Shown: positions 47,516 to 59,092 of the stretch, piece after piece
Position numbering within the stretch: the stretch's first letter is position 1
How the letters are laid out: each line of letters opens with the position of its first letter
Source of the DNA: Candidatus Latescibacterota bacterium
GTDB taxonomy: Bacteria > Latescibacterota > UBA2968
Direction of reading: 5' to 3'
NCBI GenBank assembly: GCA_965222605.1
Contig: OZ244960.1
Span: forward strand, 1,440,001 to 1,504,000
Length of the DNA: 64,000 nucleotides
The notes under the pieces: model-generated
Seen by the model: the letters and a program-made list of their open reading frames with translations, nothing else
Told to the model about the DNA's origin: nothing
Database searches by the model: none
Made by a program: the position numbers and the translations under genes

Positions 47516-48541
47516 TTAAACCAAACCCGCCAATTCCTTCACAAACACTTCTGTATCTTCCCACCCCAGGCATGGATCAGTAATCGATTTCCCAAATATC
47601 CCCTCTTCGGGTTTTTGCGCGCCTTCCTCCAGATAACTCTCCACCATCAACCCGCGCACCACATTGTGAAGAAGCGAAGAATGGCGTCGGCTGCGCATCA
47701 CCTCCAGGCCAATGCGCGGCTGTTCGGAGAACGTTTTATTTGAATTGTTGTGATTGGTATCCACAATAATCGTCGGATTGCTCAGCTTCCGCGCCAGATA
47801 TTGCCCGGCAATATGGACCAAATCTTCGTAGTGATAATTGGGAAGACTTCGCCCGCTATATGCCACCCCGCGCAACACCGCATGCGTCAGCGAATTGCCC
47901 GACGTGCTAACTTCCCAACCATTGTGAAAAAACACATGCGGAATTTGTGCTGCATAAATGGCATTGAACATCACATCCAAATCCCCACCCGTTGGGTTTT
48001 TCATACCCGCAGGCACATCGACACCGCTAATAGTCAAGCGATGATTCTGATTTTCAACAGACCGCGCCCCCACGGCAATATAACTCAGCAAATCCTCCAC
48101 ATAAGGCAAATTCGAAGGATAGAGCATCTCATCGGCAGCCGTCAAATGCGACTCGCGAAAAGCGCGAATTTGCATCTTTCGAATGGTCTTAATCCCAACA
48201 ACCATATCGGGCGTACCTTCGGGATCGGGCTGGTGGGCCATGCCCTTATACCCCTCGCCAGTCGTGCGCGGTTTATTGGTATAAATCCGCGGCACGAGCA
48301 CCAATTTATCCACCACCTGCTCTTGAAGCCGCGCCAGGCGATTCACATATTCACACACCGCATCGACATTGTGGGCCGAGCACGGGCCAATAATCAACAA
48401 AAACTTATCGCTCTTGCGCTCAAAAATAGTCCGAATCTCGGCATCGCGTTCTTCTTTCTTAGCCTTCAAATCATCGGGCAGAGGCAAAGCGTCTTGGATT
48501 TCTTCCGCGCTGGGAATGGGCTGAATCCGTTTGAAACTCAT
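47516..48541 (-). CDS. aroG: DAHP synthase class I-alpha
   Basis: IGPCS, KPRT...YKG, GARS.ENQ.HR, KNPTGG, GLMVES, SITDPC; isoenzyme (aroF/G/H) not determinable. Confidence 0.92.
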   Translation of the reverse strand: MSFKRIQPIPSAEEIQDALPLPDDLKAKKEERDAEIRTIFERKSDKFLLIIGPCSAHNVDAVCEYVNRLARLQEQVVDKLVLVPRIYTNKPRTTGEGYKGMAHQPDPEGTPDMVVGIKTIRKMQIRAFRESHLTAADEMLYPSNLPYVEDLLSYIAVGARSVENQNHRLTISGVDVPAGMKNPTGGDLDVMFNAIYAAQIPHVFFHNGWEVSTSGNSLTHAVLRGVAYSGRSLPNYHYEDLVHIAGQYLARKLSNPTIIVDTNHNNSNKTFSEQPRIGLEVMRSRRHSSLLHNVVRGLMVESYLEEGAQKPEEGIFGKSITDPCLGWEDTEVFVKELAGLV

Positions 48542-48561
48542 AAGAATACCTTTTTTACGAC

Positions 48562-48750
48562 CTGATGTTACGCATGTCTCGCGTTTCTGTCATGCTGAGG
48601 CGGGCGCAATGAATCTCCTGCGCCCAACACCCGATAGGCTGACGAAGCATCTTTTACCTATGCATATCGTTCAGGCAGCAGATTCTTCGACTCCGCTGCG
48701 CTCCGCTCAGAATGACAGGCGCATTATATTGTGCCTATGCGTAACGTCAG
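48562..48750. mobile_element. MITE-like element with nested inverted repeats
   Basis: Outer 14-bp IR ctgatgttacgcat/atgcgtaacgtcag (1 mismatch); inner 13-bp IR ctgtcatgctgag/ctcagaatgacag (1 mismatch). Confidence 0.65.
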
Positions 48751-49032
48751 TTACGACTCTGAATCTGCGTGATCTTCTTCCAACCGCAATGACTCATCGA
48801 TAATCTGTCTAAAAATGCGTTGCGCTGCTTCGTGACTCAAAGGACCGCCATTCAATTCGCGAATGCGGTTGAGAATCAGGGTTTCCCGTTCGGGGGCATG
48901 CAGGGGCAAACCCGTGGTACGCTTAATTTTTCCCACAGACAGGGCACACCGGGCACGCTCATTGAGCAACTCGAGAATCTGTTCATTTAAGGCATCGATT
49001 TTCTCGCGCCAGAAATCCAGATCCTTCTCCAT
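48751..49032 (-). CDS. chorismate mutase (AroQ type)
   Basis: R.KID.LN.QILELLNER...VG.IK...P.RE. Confidence 0.92.
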   Translation of the reverse strand: MEKDLDFWREKIDALNEQILELLNERARCALSVGKIKRTTGLPLHAPERETLILNRIRELNGGPLSHEAAQRIFRQIIDESLRLEEDHADSES

Positions 49033-49035
49033 AAC

Positions 49036-49839
49036 CTACACACCTTCTCTCAAAGGGCCGATCAAAGACCCGACAAAAGCACCGACCTTTGAAACCAGAT
49101 CGACATCGTTTTGGTACTCTCCCACACGACGTACAATCGCGCTACCAACCACAACCGCATCGGCATACCGCGCAATTTCCGACACATGCTCAGGCGTTGA
49201 AATACCAAACCCAACGGCGATGGGCATATCTGTATGCTCGCATATCGCAGACACCTTATTTTGAATTTCATCGGCCAAAAAATCGCGTTCTCCCGTCACC
49301 CCGGTGCGCGATACATAATAGACAAAACCCCTGGTATGCGACACAATCATCTTCATCCGATCATCGCGCGTGGTAGGCGTCATGAGAAAAATCGTATCCA
49401 GCCCGTGTACATCCATCTGCGCTTTGTAATCGTCGCCCTCTTCCGGAGGCAAATCCAGTATCAGTACGCCATCTACCCCCACATCTGCGGCGCGTTTTAC
49501 AAAGCGCTCCACCCCATAGCGATGAATCGGATTATAATACGTAAACAGCACAATGGGGATTTCGGTCTCAGCCCGCAACTCTGCAACCATAGACAACACG
49601 CCCTCGAGCGTTGCACCTGCGGCCAAAGCGCGTTGTGACGCCTCCTGAATCACGGGGCCATCCGCCAAAGGGTCGGAAAAGGGAACACCCAATTCCAGGA
49701 CATCCACACCTCGCCGATCCAATTCCAATACTACCTGATGCGTAGTATTTAAGTCCGGATCGCCCGCCGTAATATACGCGACAAAGCCCGTCCTACCCGC
49801 TTTTCTCAAATCTTTAAACCGCTGTCCAATCCGCGTCAT
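49036..49839 (-). CDS. trpA: tryptophan synthase alpha chain
   Basis: [30 protein letters not shown]; ATGA overlap with trpB. Confidence 0.97.
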   Translation of the reverse strand: MTRIGQRFKDLRKAGRTGFVAYITAGDPDLNTTHQVVLELDRRGVDVLELGVPFSDPLADGPVIQEASQRALAAGATLEGVLSMVAELRAETEIPIVLFTYYNPIHRYGVERFVKRAADVGVDGVLILDLPPEEGDDYKAQMDVHGLDTIFLMTPTTRDDRMKMIVSHTRGFVYYVSRTGVTGERDFLADEIQNKVSAICEHTDMPIAVGFGISTPEHVSEIARYADAVVVGSAIVRRVGEYQNDVDLVSKVGAFVGSLIGPLREGV

Positions 49840-51041
49840 CTCATTCCTTCTATAAATCGCGCCGCTTGTTGCACATCTTTGTCCCCACGTCCCGATAAAT
49901 TGACAATCACAATCTGATCTCGACTCATCTCGGATGCCAACTTGCAAACATGCGCAATAGCGTGTGAACTCTCCAAAGCGGGAATAATCCCTTCGGTATG
50001 ACTGAGCAACTCAAAAGCACTGAGTGCTTCCTCATCCGTCGCATACGTATAAGCCGTGCGCGCCATATCCCGCAAATAACAATGCTCTGGCCCCACGCCC
50101 GAATAATCGAGACCCGCCGATACCGAATGCGTCAATGCGATTTGTCCATCATCATCTTGCAACACATAAATGCGCGCACCGTGCAAAACCCCCAAATCGC
50201 CACCATTAAACCGCGCAGCGTGCTCGCCAGACGCAATACCGTGACCGCCGGCCTCCACACCGATCATCTGCACATCGGCATCATCCAAAAAAGCGTGAAA
50301 CAACCCGATAGAATTGCTTCCCCCGCCCACACAGGCGACGAGCACATCGGGCAATCGGCCTTCTCTCTCCAAAATTTGAGCGCGGGCTTCAACGCCAATA
50401 ACCCGCTGAAAATCGCGCACAATCATCGGATACGGATGCGGTCCCAAAACCGAACCAAAGATGTAAAACGTATCCTCCACATTGGTCACCCAGTCGCGGA
50501 TGGCCTCATTAATCGCATCTTTCAGCGTTTTGCTACCCGAATGGACGCCCGTAACTTTCGCACCCAAAAGTCGCATGCGAAACACATTGAGCGCTTGCCT
50601 TTCCATATCTTCAACACCCATGTAAATTTCGCATTTGAGACCGAACATCGCCGCCACAGTTGCCGTTGCCACGCCGTGTTGACCGGCACCTGTCTCGGCA
50701 ATAATCCGCGTTTTGCCCATTCGGTTGGCGAGCAAAATCTGCCCCATGGCATGATTGATTTTATGCGCGCCCGTATGGGCGAGATCTTCGCGCTTGAGAT
50801 AAATTTTAGGCCCGCCGAGTTCTTCTGTCAACCGCTCGGCAAAATAAAGCGGCGTGGGTCGTCCGACATAATCGCACAAGTATCGATCCAGTTCAGCCCA
50901 AAACTCCGGATCGCGCTTTGCCTCCCGATAAGCCGCCTCCAGGTCTTGCAACAGCGCCATAAGCGTTTCGGGCACATACTGCCCACCATAAGGCCCAAAA
51001 TGCCCGCGCGCATCGGGCAAATCACTCGCGTTTACAGCCAT
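49836..51041 (-). CDS. trpB: tryptophan synthase beta chain
   Basis: [35 protein letters not shown]. Confidence 0.98.
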   Translation of the reverse strand: MAVNASDLPDARGHFGPYGGQYVPETLMALLQDLEAAYREAKRDPEFWAELDRYLCDYVGRPTPLYFAERLTEELGGPKIYLKREDLAHTGAHKINHAMGQILLANRMGKTRIIAETGAGQHGVATATVAAMFGLKCEIYMGVEDMERQALNVFRMRLLGAKVTGVHSGSKTLKDAINEAIRDWVTNVEDTFYIFGSVLGPHPYPMIVRDFQRVIGVEARAQILEREGRLPDVLVACVGGGSNSIGLFHAFLDDADVQMIGVEAGGHGIASGEHAARFNGGDLGVLHGARIYVLQDDDGQIALTHSVSAGLDYSGVGPEHCYLRDMARTAYTYATDEEALSAFELLSHTEGIIPALESSHAIAHVCKLASEMSRDQIVIVNLSGRGDKDVQQAARFIEGMR

Positions 51042-51054
51042 ATTGTATATCCCC

Positions 51055-52032
51055 TTAAATATCGCTAACCACACGGTCGTAAAATGCCAAATACTGCTCG
51101 CGGTCATCACCATCGAGCAATGCCATTGCCTCGCGGGGATGCTGGTTGTGCTGGCCGGTGATGTTATAGGGAACCAGAGGCCCCCACTTCATTTCTCGGC
51201 GCAACTTGACAAAATGATCCTCCAACAACCTATAGACCGGACGGATCTTAAACTTGGGATTCCGCAAAAAACCGAGCAACAATTCCATGGGACAATTGCC
51301 GGCACCGCGCCCCAATCCATCCACTGTGGCATCGACCCGATTGGCCCCTAAAATAATGGCCTCAATAGTATTGGCAAATGCCAGTTGCTGATTGTTGTGC
51401 GCGTGAATACCCACCTCTTTGCCCGTGCCTTTGGTTGCTTCCATATATTTTCGCACGAGCATATCAACTTGCTCGCGGTACAGAGCACCAAAACTATCCA
51501 CAACGCAAATCGTGCCCACAGGGGTTTGCATCAACACTTCTAATGCCTGATCAATCTCGACATCTTGCACAGTCGAAATCGCCATAATATTACAACTCGT
51601 TTCATACCCCTTCTCATGGGCATCGAGCAACATTTCAACCGTCTCGGGAATCTGCTCGACATAACACGCCACGCGCACCATATCGACCACACTCTCACTG
51701 GATGGCAGAATATCTTGAGCCCAATCGCTCTTGCCCGCATCGGCCATAATTGCGAGTTTCATCCCCGTCGCTTCGGGGTCGTGATCTCCCGTAATTTTGC
51801 GAATATCCTCTTCATCGCTGTGGCGGAACGTACCAAAATCTCTTTTGGGGAACATCTCCTTGGAATTTCGGTACCCAATTTCCATATAGTCAACACCCGC
51901 CGCGACACAGGTTTCATACACGGCTTTCACAAAATCATCATCAAAATGATGGTCATTCATCAAACCGCCATCGCGGATTGTACAATCGAGTACCTTGAGT
52001 TCCGGGCGGTAGGTAATCCAGGGTGCTTTCAT
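51055..52032 (-). CDS. DRE-TIM/HMGL-like aldolase (4-hydroxy-2-oxovalerate aldolase-like)
   Basis: [31 protein letters not shown]. Confidence 0.88.
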   Translation of the reverse strand: MKAPWITYRPELKVLDCTIRDGGLMNDHHFDDDFVKAVYETCVAAGVDYMEIGYRNSKEMFPKRDFGTFRHSDEEDIRKITGDHDPEATGMKLAIMADAGKSDWAQDILPSSESVVDMVRVACYVEQIPETVEMLLDAHEKGYETSCNIMAISTVQDVEIDQALEVLMQTPVGTICVVDSFGALYREQVDMLVRKYMEATKGTGKEVGIHAHNNQQLAFANTIEAIILGANRVDATVDGLGRGAGNCPMELLLGFLRNPKFKIRPVYRLLEDHFVKLRREMKWGPLVPYNITGQHNQHPREAMALLDGDDREQYLAFYDRVVSDI

Positions 52033-52134
52033 AAAAAAATCCTTCCTTTGGGGTTACGTAGTTGATCCAAATAAGTTCAGTGATCTGGCTCGTCAAAAAT
52101 CTGTCTTCTTTTGCCTATTGTAGCACCTACCCAG

Positions 52135-53418
52135 TCACACCAACCACCTCACCAAAAAGTAGCGGCGTTTGCCGCGGCGGATGACCAGATATTTTCCAGC
52201 CAGTCTTTCATCAGGCGTTAAGAGCCCGTGGCCCTCTTGCCAGCGCTGCCCATTGATATAAATGGCACCATTCCTGATATCTTCGCGCGCCTGCCGCCTG
52301 GACGATGAAATCCCGGCTCTCACGAGCAGATCAATCAGAATCACGCCACCTTCAGCATACAGAGTGCCTTTTCTTTCAACTTCATAAGACGGCACATCGC
52401 TACCAAATGCTTCTTCGATCTCCTGTTCATTCAAATCCTGCAAATTGCCGTAAAACAGCGCCTCGGAAATATGCACGGCGCGGGCCTTTGCGGCTGCACC
52501 GTGGATAAACGTCGTCACCTCTTCGGCCAGCACGCGCTGTGCCTCGCGCTTTTCGGGTCTCGCCTGCACTTCTCGTTCCAACTCTTCTATGCGTTCACGG
52601 CTCAAAAAAGTGAACAATTTTAAAAATTTCACCACATCGCGATCTGCTGCATTCACCCAAAACTGATAAAATTGATAGGGCGATGTCTTCTCGGGATCGA
52701 GCCATAATGTTCCCGTCTCGGTCTTCCCAAACTTTGTCCCATCCGACTTTTCCAGCAACGGGAAAGTCAACCCATACACAGTCTTATTGAGCATGCGCCG
52801 GCTCAGCTCTATACCCGCCGTAATATTGCCCCACTGATCGCTACCCCCAATCTGAAGCTCACAGCCATACTGTCGGTACAACTCCATAAAGTCATACGCC
52901 TGCAAGACCATATAACTAAATTCGGTAAACGAAATCCCGGTAGAAAGACGCGACGCCACCGACTCTTTGCCCAGCATATACCCCATTGAAAAGTGTTTGC
53001 CCACATCGCGCAAAAACTCAATCGTACGCAACTCTGAAAGCCAGGTATAATTGCTCACCATCTGCGCCGGATTGTGCACAGTCTCAAAATCCAAATACTT
53101 TTCCAACTGCTCCCGCTGACGCTCTGTATATCCCTGCACCACCTCCAATGAATTCAACTGTCGCTCTTCTGCTTTCCCACTCGGGTCGCCGATCAATCCC
53201 GTACCACCGCCCACGAGTGCAATGGGCTTGTGCCCCGCATCTTGAAAGCGGCGCAATCCCATAATAGGAACCAGACTGCCCGCATGCAGACTATCGGCTG
53301 TGGGATCAAATCCGCAATACAATGTCATCTGCCCCTCTGCCAAACGCCTGCGGAGCTTATCTTCATCTGTCATCTGAAAAATATAGCCACGAAATGCCAA
53401 ATCGTCTAATACATCCAC
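52135..53418 (-). CDS. tyrS: tyrosyl-tRNA synthetase
   Basis: YCGFDPTADSLHAG, QIGGSDQWGN, KFGKT, S4 domain. Confidence 0.98.
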   Translation of the reverse strand: MDVLDDLAFRGYIFQMTDEDKLRRRLAEGQMTLYCGFDPTADSLHAGSLVPIMGLRRFQDAGHKPIALVGGGTGLIGDPSGKAEERQLNSLEVVQGYTERQREQLEKYLDFETVHNPAQMVSNYTWLSELRTIEFLRDVGKHFSMGYMLGKESVASRLSTGISFTEFSYMVLQAYDFMELYRQYGCELQIGGSDQWGNITAGIELSRRMLNKTVYGLTFPLLEKSDGTKFGKTETGTLWLDPEKTSPYQFYQFWVNAADRDVVKFLKLFTFLSRERIEELEREVQARPEKREAQRVLAEEVTTFIHGAAAKARAVHISEALFYGNLQDLNEQEIEEAFGSDVPSYEVERKGTLYAEGGVILIDLLVRAGISSSRRQAREDIRNGAIYINGQRWQEGHGLLTPDERLAGKYLVIRRGKRRYFLVRWLV

Positions 53419-53439
53419 GTTTTTATCTCCATATTCATA

Positions 53440-54048
53440 TCACGCCTTTACGCGCGCCAAAAAATCCCTCACTTTTTTGTGATCCTTCTTCCCCGGCTCG
53501 GCTTCTACGCCACTACTCGTATCCACCGCATAGGGACCAACTCGCTCAATCGCCTCCTGAACATTATCCGGATTTAGCCCACCGGAAAGAATAATGCGCC
53601 CATACCCTTTTGCCTCCACCGCCTTTATCCAGTCAAATGTCTTTCCCGTACCGCCGTAAGAACCCGCTCTCTCTGTATCCAATAAGAATGTATTGACCAG
53701 ATATGATCGCATGATCTGCACATCAAAATCGCGTCCCACGCGAAGCGCGCGAATCACAGGAACCGCATGCCCCAGACATGCTTCGGGAGGTTCATCCCCG
53801 TGCAATTGAATCGCCCGTAGCCCCGCCAACTTCACGGCAATATCAATCTCCCGCTCCGACGCATTCACGAACACCCCGACGGGCGTCACAAACGGCGGCA
53901 AATCAAAAACAATTTCTCCTGCTTTTTCGGGCGCGATATAGCGAAGACTCTTCTCATAAAAAATAAACCCCAGAGCATCTGCGCCATTATCAATCGCGCA
54001 TAGCGCATCATCCCGATTTGTAATCCCGCAAATTTTAGCTCGTACCAT
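53440..54048 (-). CDS. trpF: phosphoribosylanthranilate isomerase
   Basis: KICGIT, QLHGDE, GGTG.TFDW, GGL.P.NV, SSGVE..PG.KD. Confidence 0.97.
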   Translation of the reverse strand: MVRAKICGITNRDDALCAIDNGADALGFIFYEKSLRYIAPEKAGEIVFDLPPFVTPVGVFVNASEREIDIAVKLAGLRAIQLHGDEPPEACLGHAVPVIRALRVGRDFDVQIMRSYLVNTFLLDTERAGSYGGTGKTFDWIKAVEAKGYGRIILSGGLNPDNVQEAIERVGPYAVDTSSGVEAEPGKKDHKKVRDFLARVKA

Positions 54049-54829
54049 ACCCTATCAACTCCTGCAACTTGGCGGCAATATCCGATTCGCGCATCAAACT
54101 CTCGCCCACCAGCACGGCATCTGCACCCGCATCTCGAAGTGCGACAACATCCTCGCGCGTATAAATACCACTCTCGCTCACCGTCAACACGTCATCGGGG
54201 ATGTGATCGATCAACCCATAAGTCATATCCAGAGACGTATCAAAAGTTTTCAAATTTCGATTATTAATTCCAACAATCTCCGCACCCGCATCGAGCGCGA
54301 CCATCAGTTCTTCCCGCTCATGCACCTCCACCAGTGCATCCAGACCCAGCGCACGGCTCGTCGCTATAAATGAGGACAATTCTTCGGGCGTTAAAATCGA
54401 CACAATCAACAACACAGCCGAAGCCCCAATCGCGCGCGCTTCGTAAATCTGATAGGGATCAATCGTGAAATCCTTTCGCAAAATGGGCCGATCAACAACT
54501 GTTGAAATCTGAGTTAAATAATCCACCGAACCCTGAAAAAATTTCTCATCCGTCAATACCGAAAGCGCCGAAGCCCCATTTCTCACATAAATTTTCGCAA
54601 TACCCACCGCGTCAAAATCCCCGCGAATCACGCCCTTAGACGGCGATGCTTTTTTTACCTCGGCGATCACAGCAATATCGTCCCCATCTATCAGCCCATC
54701 AAAAAACGAAGGCGATCCTGGCGCATCTTCCGCCAACCGCGCCATCTCCTCAAACGGTGTCTGCGTCATACACCTGGCGAGGAACTCGCGTTTATACGCC
54801 ACAATTTTATCGAGAATATTGCTGGCCAT
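54035..54829 (-). CDS. trpC: indole-3-glycerol phosphate synthase
   Basis: IAEVKKASPSKG, SVLTD, LRKDF, GINNRNL, SESGI. Confidence 0.97.
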   Translation of the reverse strand: MASNILDKIVAYKREFLARCMTQTPFEEMARLAEDAPGSPSFFDGLIDGDDIAVIAEVKKASPSKGVIRGDFDAVGIAKIYVRNGASALSVLTDEKFFQGSVDYLTQISTVVDRPILRKDFTIDPYQIYEARAIGASAVLLIVSILTPEELSSFIATSRALGLDALVEVHEREELMVALDAGAEIVGINNRNLKTFDTSLDMTYGLIDHIPDDVLTVSESGIYTREDVVALRDAGADAVLVGESLMRESDIAAKLQELIGYGTS

Positions 54830-54854
54830 AAAGTCCCACCATCCTCAGACAGGG

Positions 54855-55919
54855 CTAAAGCCACGACCGCGGGTCGGGAACAGACACCCATCCATTTTCG
54901 CGCACCGCCTGCAACCCCGCAATACCGGGCAGTGTCATATCCAGCGCCTGCATCAAATCTATCGGTGGTGGCGATCCATTCACAATCGCCTGCACAAAAT
55001 CCAAAACAATGAGCATACTCGTTTTGCCATGCCCCGCACCGAGCGCGCCCGAAAACTGGGGCAACTCGGGATGGCAACATTCTTCTCGCGTCACCTGCTC
55101 CTTATCGTCCAGAGAATAATAACACACCGTTCGTGCTTCGCGAAATCGCCCCGTCTCGAAAGAACCTTCATCGCCATAAAAACTCAAAAAATGGCTCATC
55201 CCATGCACATTCTGAAACGAATTTGTCAACCTGAACACCGCGCCGTCTGCAGTACGGAACAAAGCCGTCTGCACCCAGTCTGCTTCATACCCTTCTAAAA
55301 ATTCATCTCGCCCTGAAGCCGAAACAGCCATGACCTCAACCAAACGGTCGCCCGTCATCTTCAAATACGGCGATGTCCCATGTGTCGGATAAATAAGGGG
55401 TTGTAAACTATTCCGCCAGGTGGGTCGCCCATCGGGATGTCGCCTCAACGCTTTTAGACCGTGAATATACTCGGCCTCGGCATAGTAAATACGCCCCAGT
55501 TTCCGCGCTTCAAAAAGTGACCTGGCACGCACCACACTGGGTTCATAGATCCAATTCTCCGCCATCATATAAATGCGGTCACTTTTTGAAACGACCTCAA
55601 CCAATGCCTTTGCTTCATCCATTGTCAGCGCAGCGGGCACGGCACACAAAACGTGCTTACCAGCCCGAATCGCTCGAATCACATGTTCTGCATGAAGCGG
55701 CGCGGGAGTAAAAACAGCCACCGCGTCAATCCGTTCATCAGCGACAAAATCATCAAAAGCCGCATAACAAGCATCGACACCCAACAGCTCTTTCGCCTGA
55801 CCGCGTCTCTCCTGCTGGATATCACAAATAGCGACCAAATCAGTCTCGGCATACGCATCAAATACCCGCGCCCAGGACATGCCAAATCGCAAACCCGCAA
55901 CACCTACCGAGAGACCCAT
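54855..55919 (-). CDS. Gfo/Idh/MocA-family oxidoreductase
   Basis: Rossmann start, TPAPLHA, AGKHVLCAVP (variant of EKP), YMMAEN. Confidence 0.88.
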   Translation of the reverse strand: MGLSVGVAGLRFGMSWARVFDAYAETDLVAICDIQQERRGQAKELLGVDACYAAFDDFVADERIDAVAVFTPAPLHAEHVIRAIRAGKHVLCAVPAALTMDEAKALVEVVSKSDRIYMMAENWIYEPSVVRARSLFEARKLGRIYYAEAEYIHGLKALRRHPDGRPTWRNSLQPLIYPTHGTSPYLKMTGDRLVEVMAVSASGRDEFLEGYEADWVQTALFRTADGAVFRLTNSFQNVHGMSHFLSFYGDEGSFETGRFREARTVCYYSLDDKEQVTREECCHPELPQFSGALGAGHGKTSMLIVLDFVQAIVNGSPPPIDLMQALDMTLPGIAGLQAVRENGWVSVPDPRSWL

Positions 55920-55942
55920 TTTACCTCACTCCATCTCGAAAA

Positions 55943-56956
55943 TCATTCCTGGCTCGCTTCTTTCAACCCTTCCAACTTCTCCAACGCCTTGCCCGAATCA
56001 ATCACTTCAGCCGCGACCTGCACACCTTCTTGTAAATCACGCGCCTTATCTCCCGCCACAATTGCCGCAGCCGCATTCAACAACACTATATCGCGCCGAG
56101 GACCTTCTTCGCCATTCAGAATCGACCGCGTAATCTCTGCATTATAATCGGCATCCCCTCCTTTTAGCGCGTCGGCTGTGGCTTGTCCCAGCCCAAAGTC
56201 CCCAGGTGATACGTCATACGTCGAAACCGATCCAGCCTTCAATTCGCTCACCTTCGTTGGACCTGTCAACGTCATCTCATCCAAACCATCCAAACCGTGA
56301 ACGACAAACGCGCGCTCAGATCCCAGAGTTGCCAAAACACCCGCGAGTGTCTCGGTCAATGCCGCGCTGTAAACGCCGACCACCTGCCGCTTTGCACCCG
56401 CCGGATTGCTCAGCGGTCCCAGCGCATTGAAAATTGTCCGCGCACCAATTTCCCGACGCGGCCCAATCGCGTATTTCATCGCCCCGTGCAATGAAATGGC
56501 GAACAAAAACCCGATACCCACATCGTCCAGACACCTGCTCACCGTCTCGGGCGATGCCTCAATATTCACACCCAATGCACTCAGCACATCCGCACTGCCA
56601 CTTTGACTCGTCGCCGCGCGATTGCCGTGTTTGGCCACACACAAACCCGCCCCAGCCGCGACAAATGCCGCCGTTGTCGAAATATTAAATGTGCCCGAAT
56701 GATCGCCCCCCGTGCCACAAGTATCGACAATCACATCGTGCTTTGTCACAATAGGCGTCGCCTTCTCGCGCATCACAGACGCTGCCCCGGCAATCTCATC
56801 AACACTCTCGCCCTTCACGCGCAACGCAATCAAAAACGCACCAATCTGCGCGTCCGTCGCCTCGCCCGACATAATCTGATTCATCGCATCCGTCATCTCA
56901 CCTCGGTGCAAATCTTCGCCTTCGATCACTTTTGCAATTGCTTCTTGTATAGTCAT
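55943..56956 (-). CDS. trpD: anthranilate phosphoribosyltransferase
   Basis: DTCGTGGD..TFNIST, KHGNR, SGSADVL, DGLDE. Confidence 0.97.
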   Translation of the reverse strand: MTIQEAIAKVIEGEDLHRGEMTDAMNQIMSGEATDAQIGAFLIALRVKGESVDEIAGAASVMREKATPIVTKHDVIVDTCGTGGDHSGTFNISTTAAFVAAGAGLCVAKHGNRAATSQSGSADVLSALGVNIEASPETVSRCLDDVGIGFLFAISLHGAMKYAIGPRREIGARTIFNALGPLSNPAGAKRQVVGVYSAALTETLAGVLATLGSERAFVVHGLDGLDEMTLTGPTKVSELKAGSVSTYDVSPGDFGLGQATADALKGGDADYNAEITRSILNGEEGPRRDIVLLNAAAAIVAGDKARDLQEGVQVAAEVIDSGKALEKLEGLKEASQE

Positions 56957-56978
56957 GCTCAGCTCCTCGGGTAACAAA

Positions 56979-57542
56979 TCACGTATCGAGAAAGTTTTGC
57001 AGCAAATTCTTACCTTCACCCGTCAAAATCGATTCGGGATGAAACTGCACGCCATCTATCGCCATATCTCGATGGCGCAAACCCATAATCACGCCATCAT
57101 CGGTCTCAGCCGTAATCTCCAGACAAATGGGAAGACTTTTCCGCTCCACCACCAGCGAATGGTAGCGCGTGGCAATAAACGGATCGGGTAGTCCCTCAAA
57201 AATAGACTGCCCTCTATGATGAATCTCCGACACCTTCCCGTGCATAATTGTCGGCGCGCCCACAATTTTCCCGCCAAATGCCTGCCCAATGGACTGATGC
57301 CCCAGACAAACCCCTAAAATCGGAATTTTCCCCGCAAAATGCTGTACCAAAGCCACGGAAATCCCCGCTTCATTTGGTGTGCATGGCCCGGGAGAAATAA
57401 CGATCTTCTCGGGCGCGATATCCGCAATCTCTTCAAGTGAGATTTGATCATTGCGATGCACCACCAACTCCGCACCCAGTTCCCCGAGATATTGAACGAG
57501 GTTATAAGTAAAAGAATCGTAATTATCAATGACGAGAATCAC
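56979..57542 (-). CDS. trpG: anthranilate synthase component II
   Basis: [27 protein letters not shown]. Confidence 0.95.
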   Translation of the reverse strand: MILVIDNYDSFTYNLVQYLGELGAELVVHRNDQISLEEIADIAPEKIVISPGPCTPNEAGISVALVQHFAGKIPILGVCLGHQSIGQAFGGKIVGAPTIMHGKVSEIHHRGQSIFEGLPDPFIATRYHSLVVERKSLPICLEITAETDDGVIMGLRHRDMAIDGVQFHPESILTGEGKNLLQNFLDT

Positions 57543-59014
57543 AACAACTCTCCTCCTTCAGCCATTTCTACCGCCCGAAACAGTGCCCGCGCTTTGTTCA
57601 CAGTCTCCTCATATTCGTATTCCGGCTCTGAATCGAACACCACGCCACCCCCTGCCTGCACATACGCTTTGCCATCCTTAATCACCAGCGTGCGAATGGC
57701 AATACACGTATCCATATTGCCCGCAAAATCGATATAACCCACCGCACCGGCATAAGGCCCGCGGCGCGTTGACTCCATCTCGTCGATAATCTCCATCGCC
57801 CGAATTTTTGGCGCGCCCGACACCGTGCCAGCCGGATAACAGGCAAAAAGCGCGTCCAGCGCATCGACACCCTCGTGCAATTCGCCGCGCACATTCGAAA
57901 CAATATGCATCACATGCGAATAGCGTTCAATCGACATCTGCTCGGTCACGCGCACCGTATCAAACCTGGAGACACGCCCCACATCATTGCGCCCCAAATC
58001 CACTAGCATAATATGCTCGGCGCATTCTTTTTTATCGGCCAACAAATCCTCTGACAGCACCTGATCCTCTGCCTCTGTTTTGCCGCGCCACCGCGTACCC
58101 GCAATGGGCCGCACCTGCACCACTCCGTCCTCTACCCTGACGAGCAACTCGGGCGACGCACCCACCAATTGATGGTCCTTCAAATCGACGTGAAACATAT
58201 AAGGCGACGGATTCACCGTCCGCAACGCCCGATAAATATCCAGCGCATCCACCGTCACATCCATTGCAAAGCGCTGCGAAGGCACCACCTGAAAAATATC
58301 ACCGGCCACAATGTATTCCCTGCAACGCGCCACCACATCCATATACGCTTCTTTGCTCGTATTTGAAGTCACCTCGCACGAACTCGTGCCCGATTTCAGA
58401 GACGCATCCACCGGTTGCGCCAGTGCCTCAATCAGTGTATCAATCCGTTTGACTGCATCTGCGTAATTCGCCTCCAGGTCGCCCTCTGTATGCACATTGG
58501 TCATCACATGCACTTTGTGCGTCACATTGTCAAAAGCCAGCACTGAATCGTAAAATGACAAAAATATATCGTCCAGACCGAGATCGTCTTCAACCGTCTC
58601 GGGAATGCGCTCAATCAAACGCACGGCATCATAGCTCACATAGCCCACCGCACCACCCGTAAATCGAGGAAACCCTTCTACGTGTTGCGAGTGGTATTTT
58701 TTTAACAACCCGCGCAATTCCTCAATTGGCTTCCCATCAAATTTTCGCACCTCACCCGTCGTCGTATGTTCAATCGAAATTTTTGTTCCGCGCGAACGAA
58801 AAATCAGAAATGGATCCACGCCCAAAAACGAATACCGCCCAATCTGCACACCGCCCACCACACTTTCAAACAAAAACGCATGCGATGATCTGGCGCGAAT
58901 TTTCAAATAGGCCGAAACGGGCGTCTCTGTATCCGCGAGAAGTTCTCTTGAAATGGGAATCAGACCACAGCCTTCGCTCAGCTTCTTCACAGTTTTGAAA
59001 TCGGGTTGAATCAC
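57539..59014 (-). CDS. trpE: anthranilate synthase component I
   Basis: [37 protein letters not shown]; AAGGA RBS before GTG 59014. Confidence 0.96.
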   Translation of the reverse strand: MIQPDFKTVKKLSEGCGLIPISRELLADTETPVSAYLKIRARSSHAFLFESVVGGVQIGRYSFLGVDPFLIFRSRGTKISIEHTTTGEVRKFDGKPIEELRGLLKKYHSQHVEGFPRFTGGAVGYVSYDAVRLIERIPETVEDDLGLDDIFLSFYDSVLAFDNVTHKVHVMTNVHTEGDLEANYADAVKRIDTLIEALAQPVDASLKSGTSSCEVTSNTSKEAYMDVVARCREYIVAGDIFQVVPSQRFAMDVTVDALDIYRALRTVNPSPYMFHVDLKDHQLVGASPELLVRVEDGVVQVRPIAGTRWRGKTEAEDQVLSEDLLADKKECAEHIMLVDLGRNDVGRVSRFDTVRVTEQMSIERYSHVMHIVSNVRGELHEGVDALDALFACYPAGTVSGAPKIRAMEIIDEMESTRRGPYAGAVGYIDFAGNMDTCIAIRTLVIKDGKAYVQAGGGVVFDSEPEYEYEETVNKARALFRAVEMAEGGELL

Positions 59015-59026
59015 TGGAAAATCCTT

Positions 59027-59066
59027 AAAAAAATAAAAAAGGTCGTGAGCAGTTTGCCCACGACCT
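59027..59066 (-). terminator. attenuator terminator
   Basis: AGGTCGTGGGC-aaact-GCTCACGACCT then TTTTTATTTTTTT, 13 bp before trpE. Confidence 0.9.
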
Positions 59067-59092
59067 CGTACTTTCATTCACTTACATCACAC

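Noticed and set aside
49998-51068. 356-aa plus-strand ORF
   Set aside because: Antisense shadow of trpB.
59015-59077. ORF-track N-terminal extension of trpE
   Set aside because: It reads through the attenuator terminator; GTG 59014 has an RBS.
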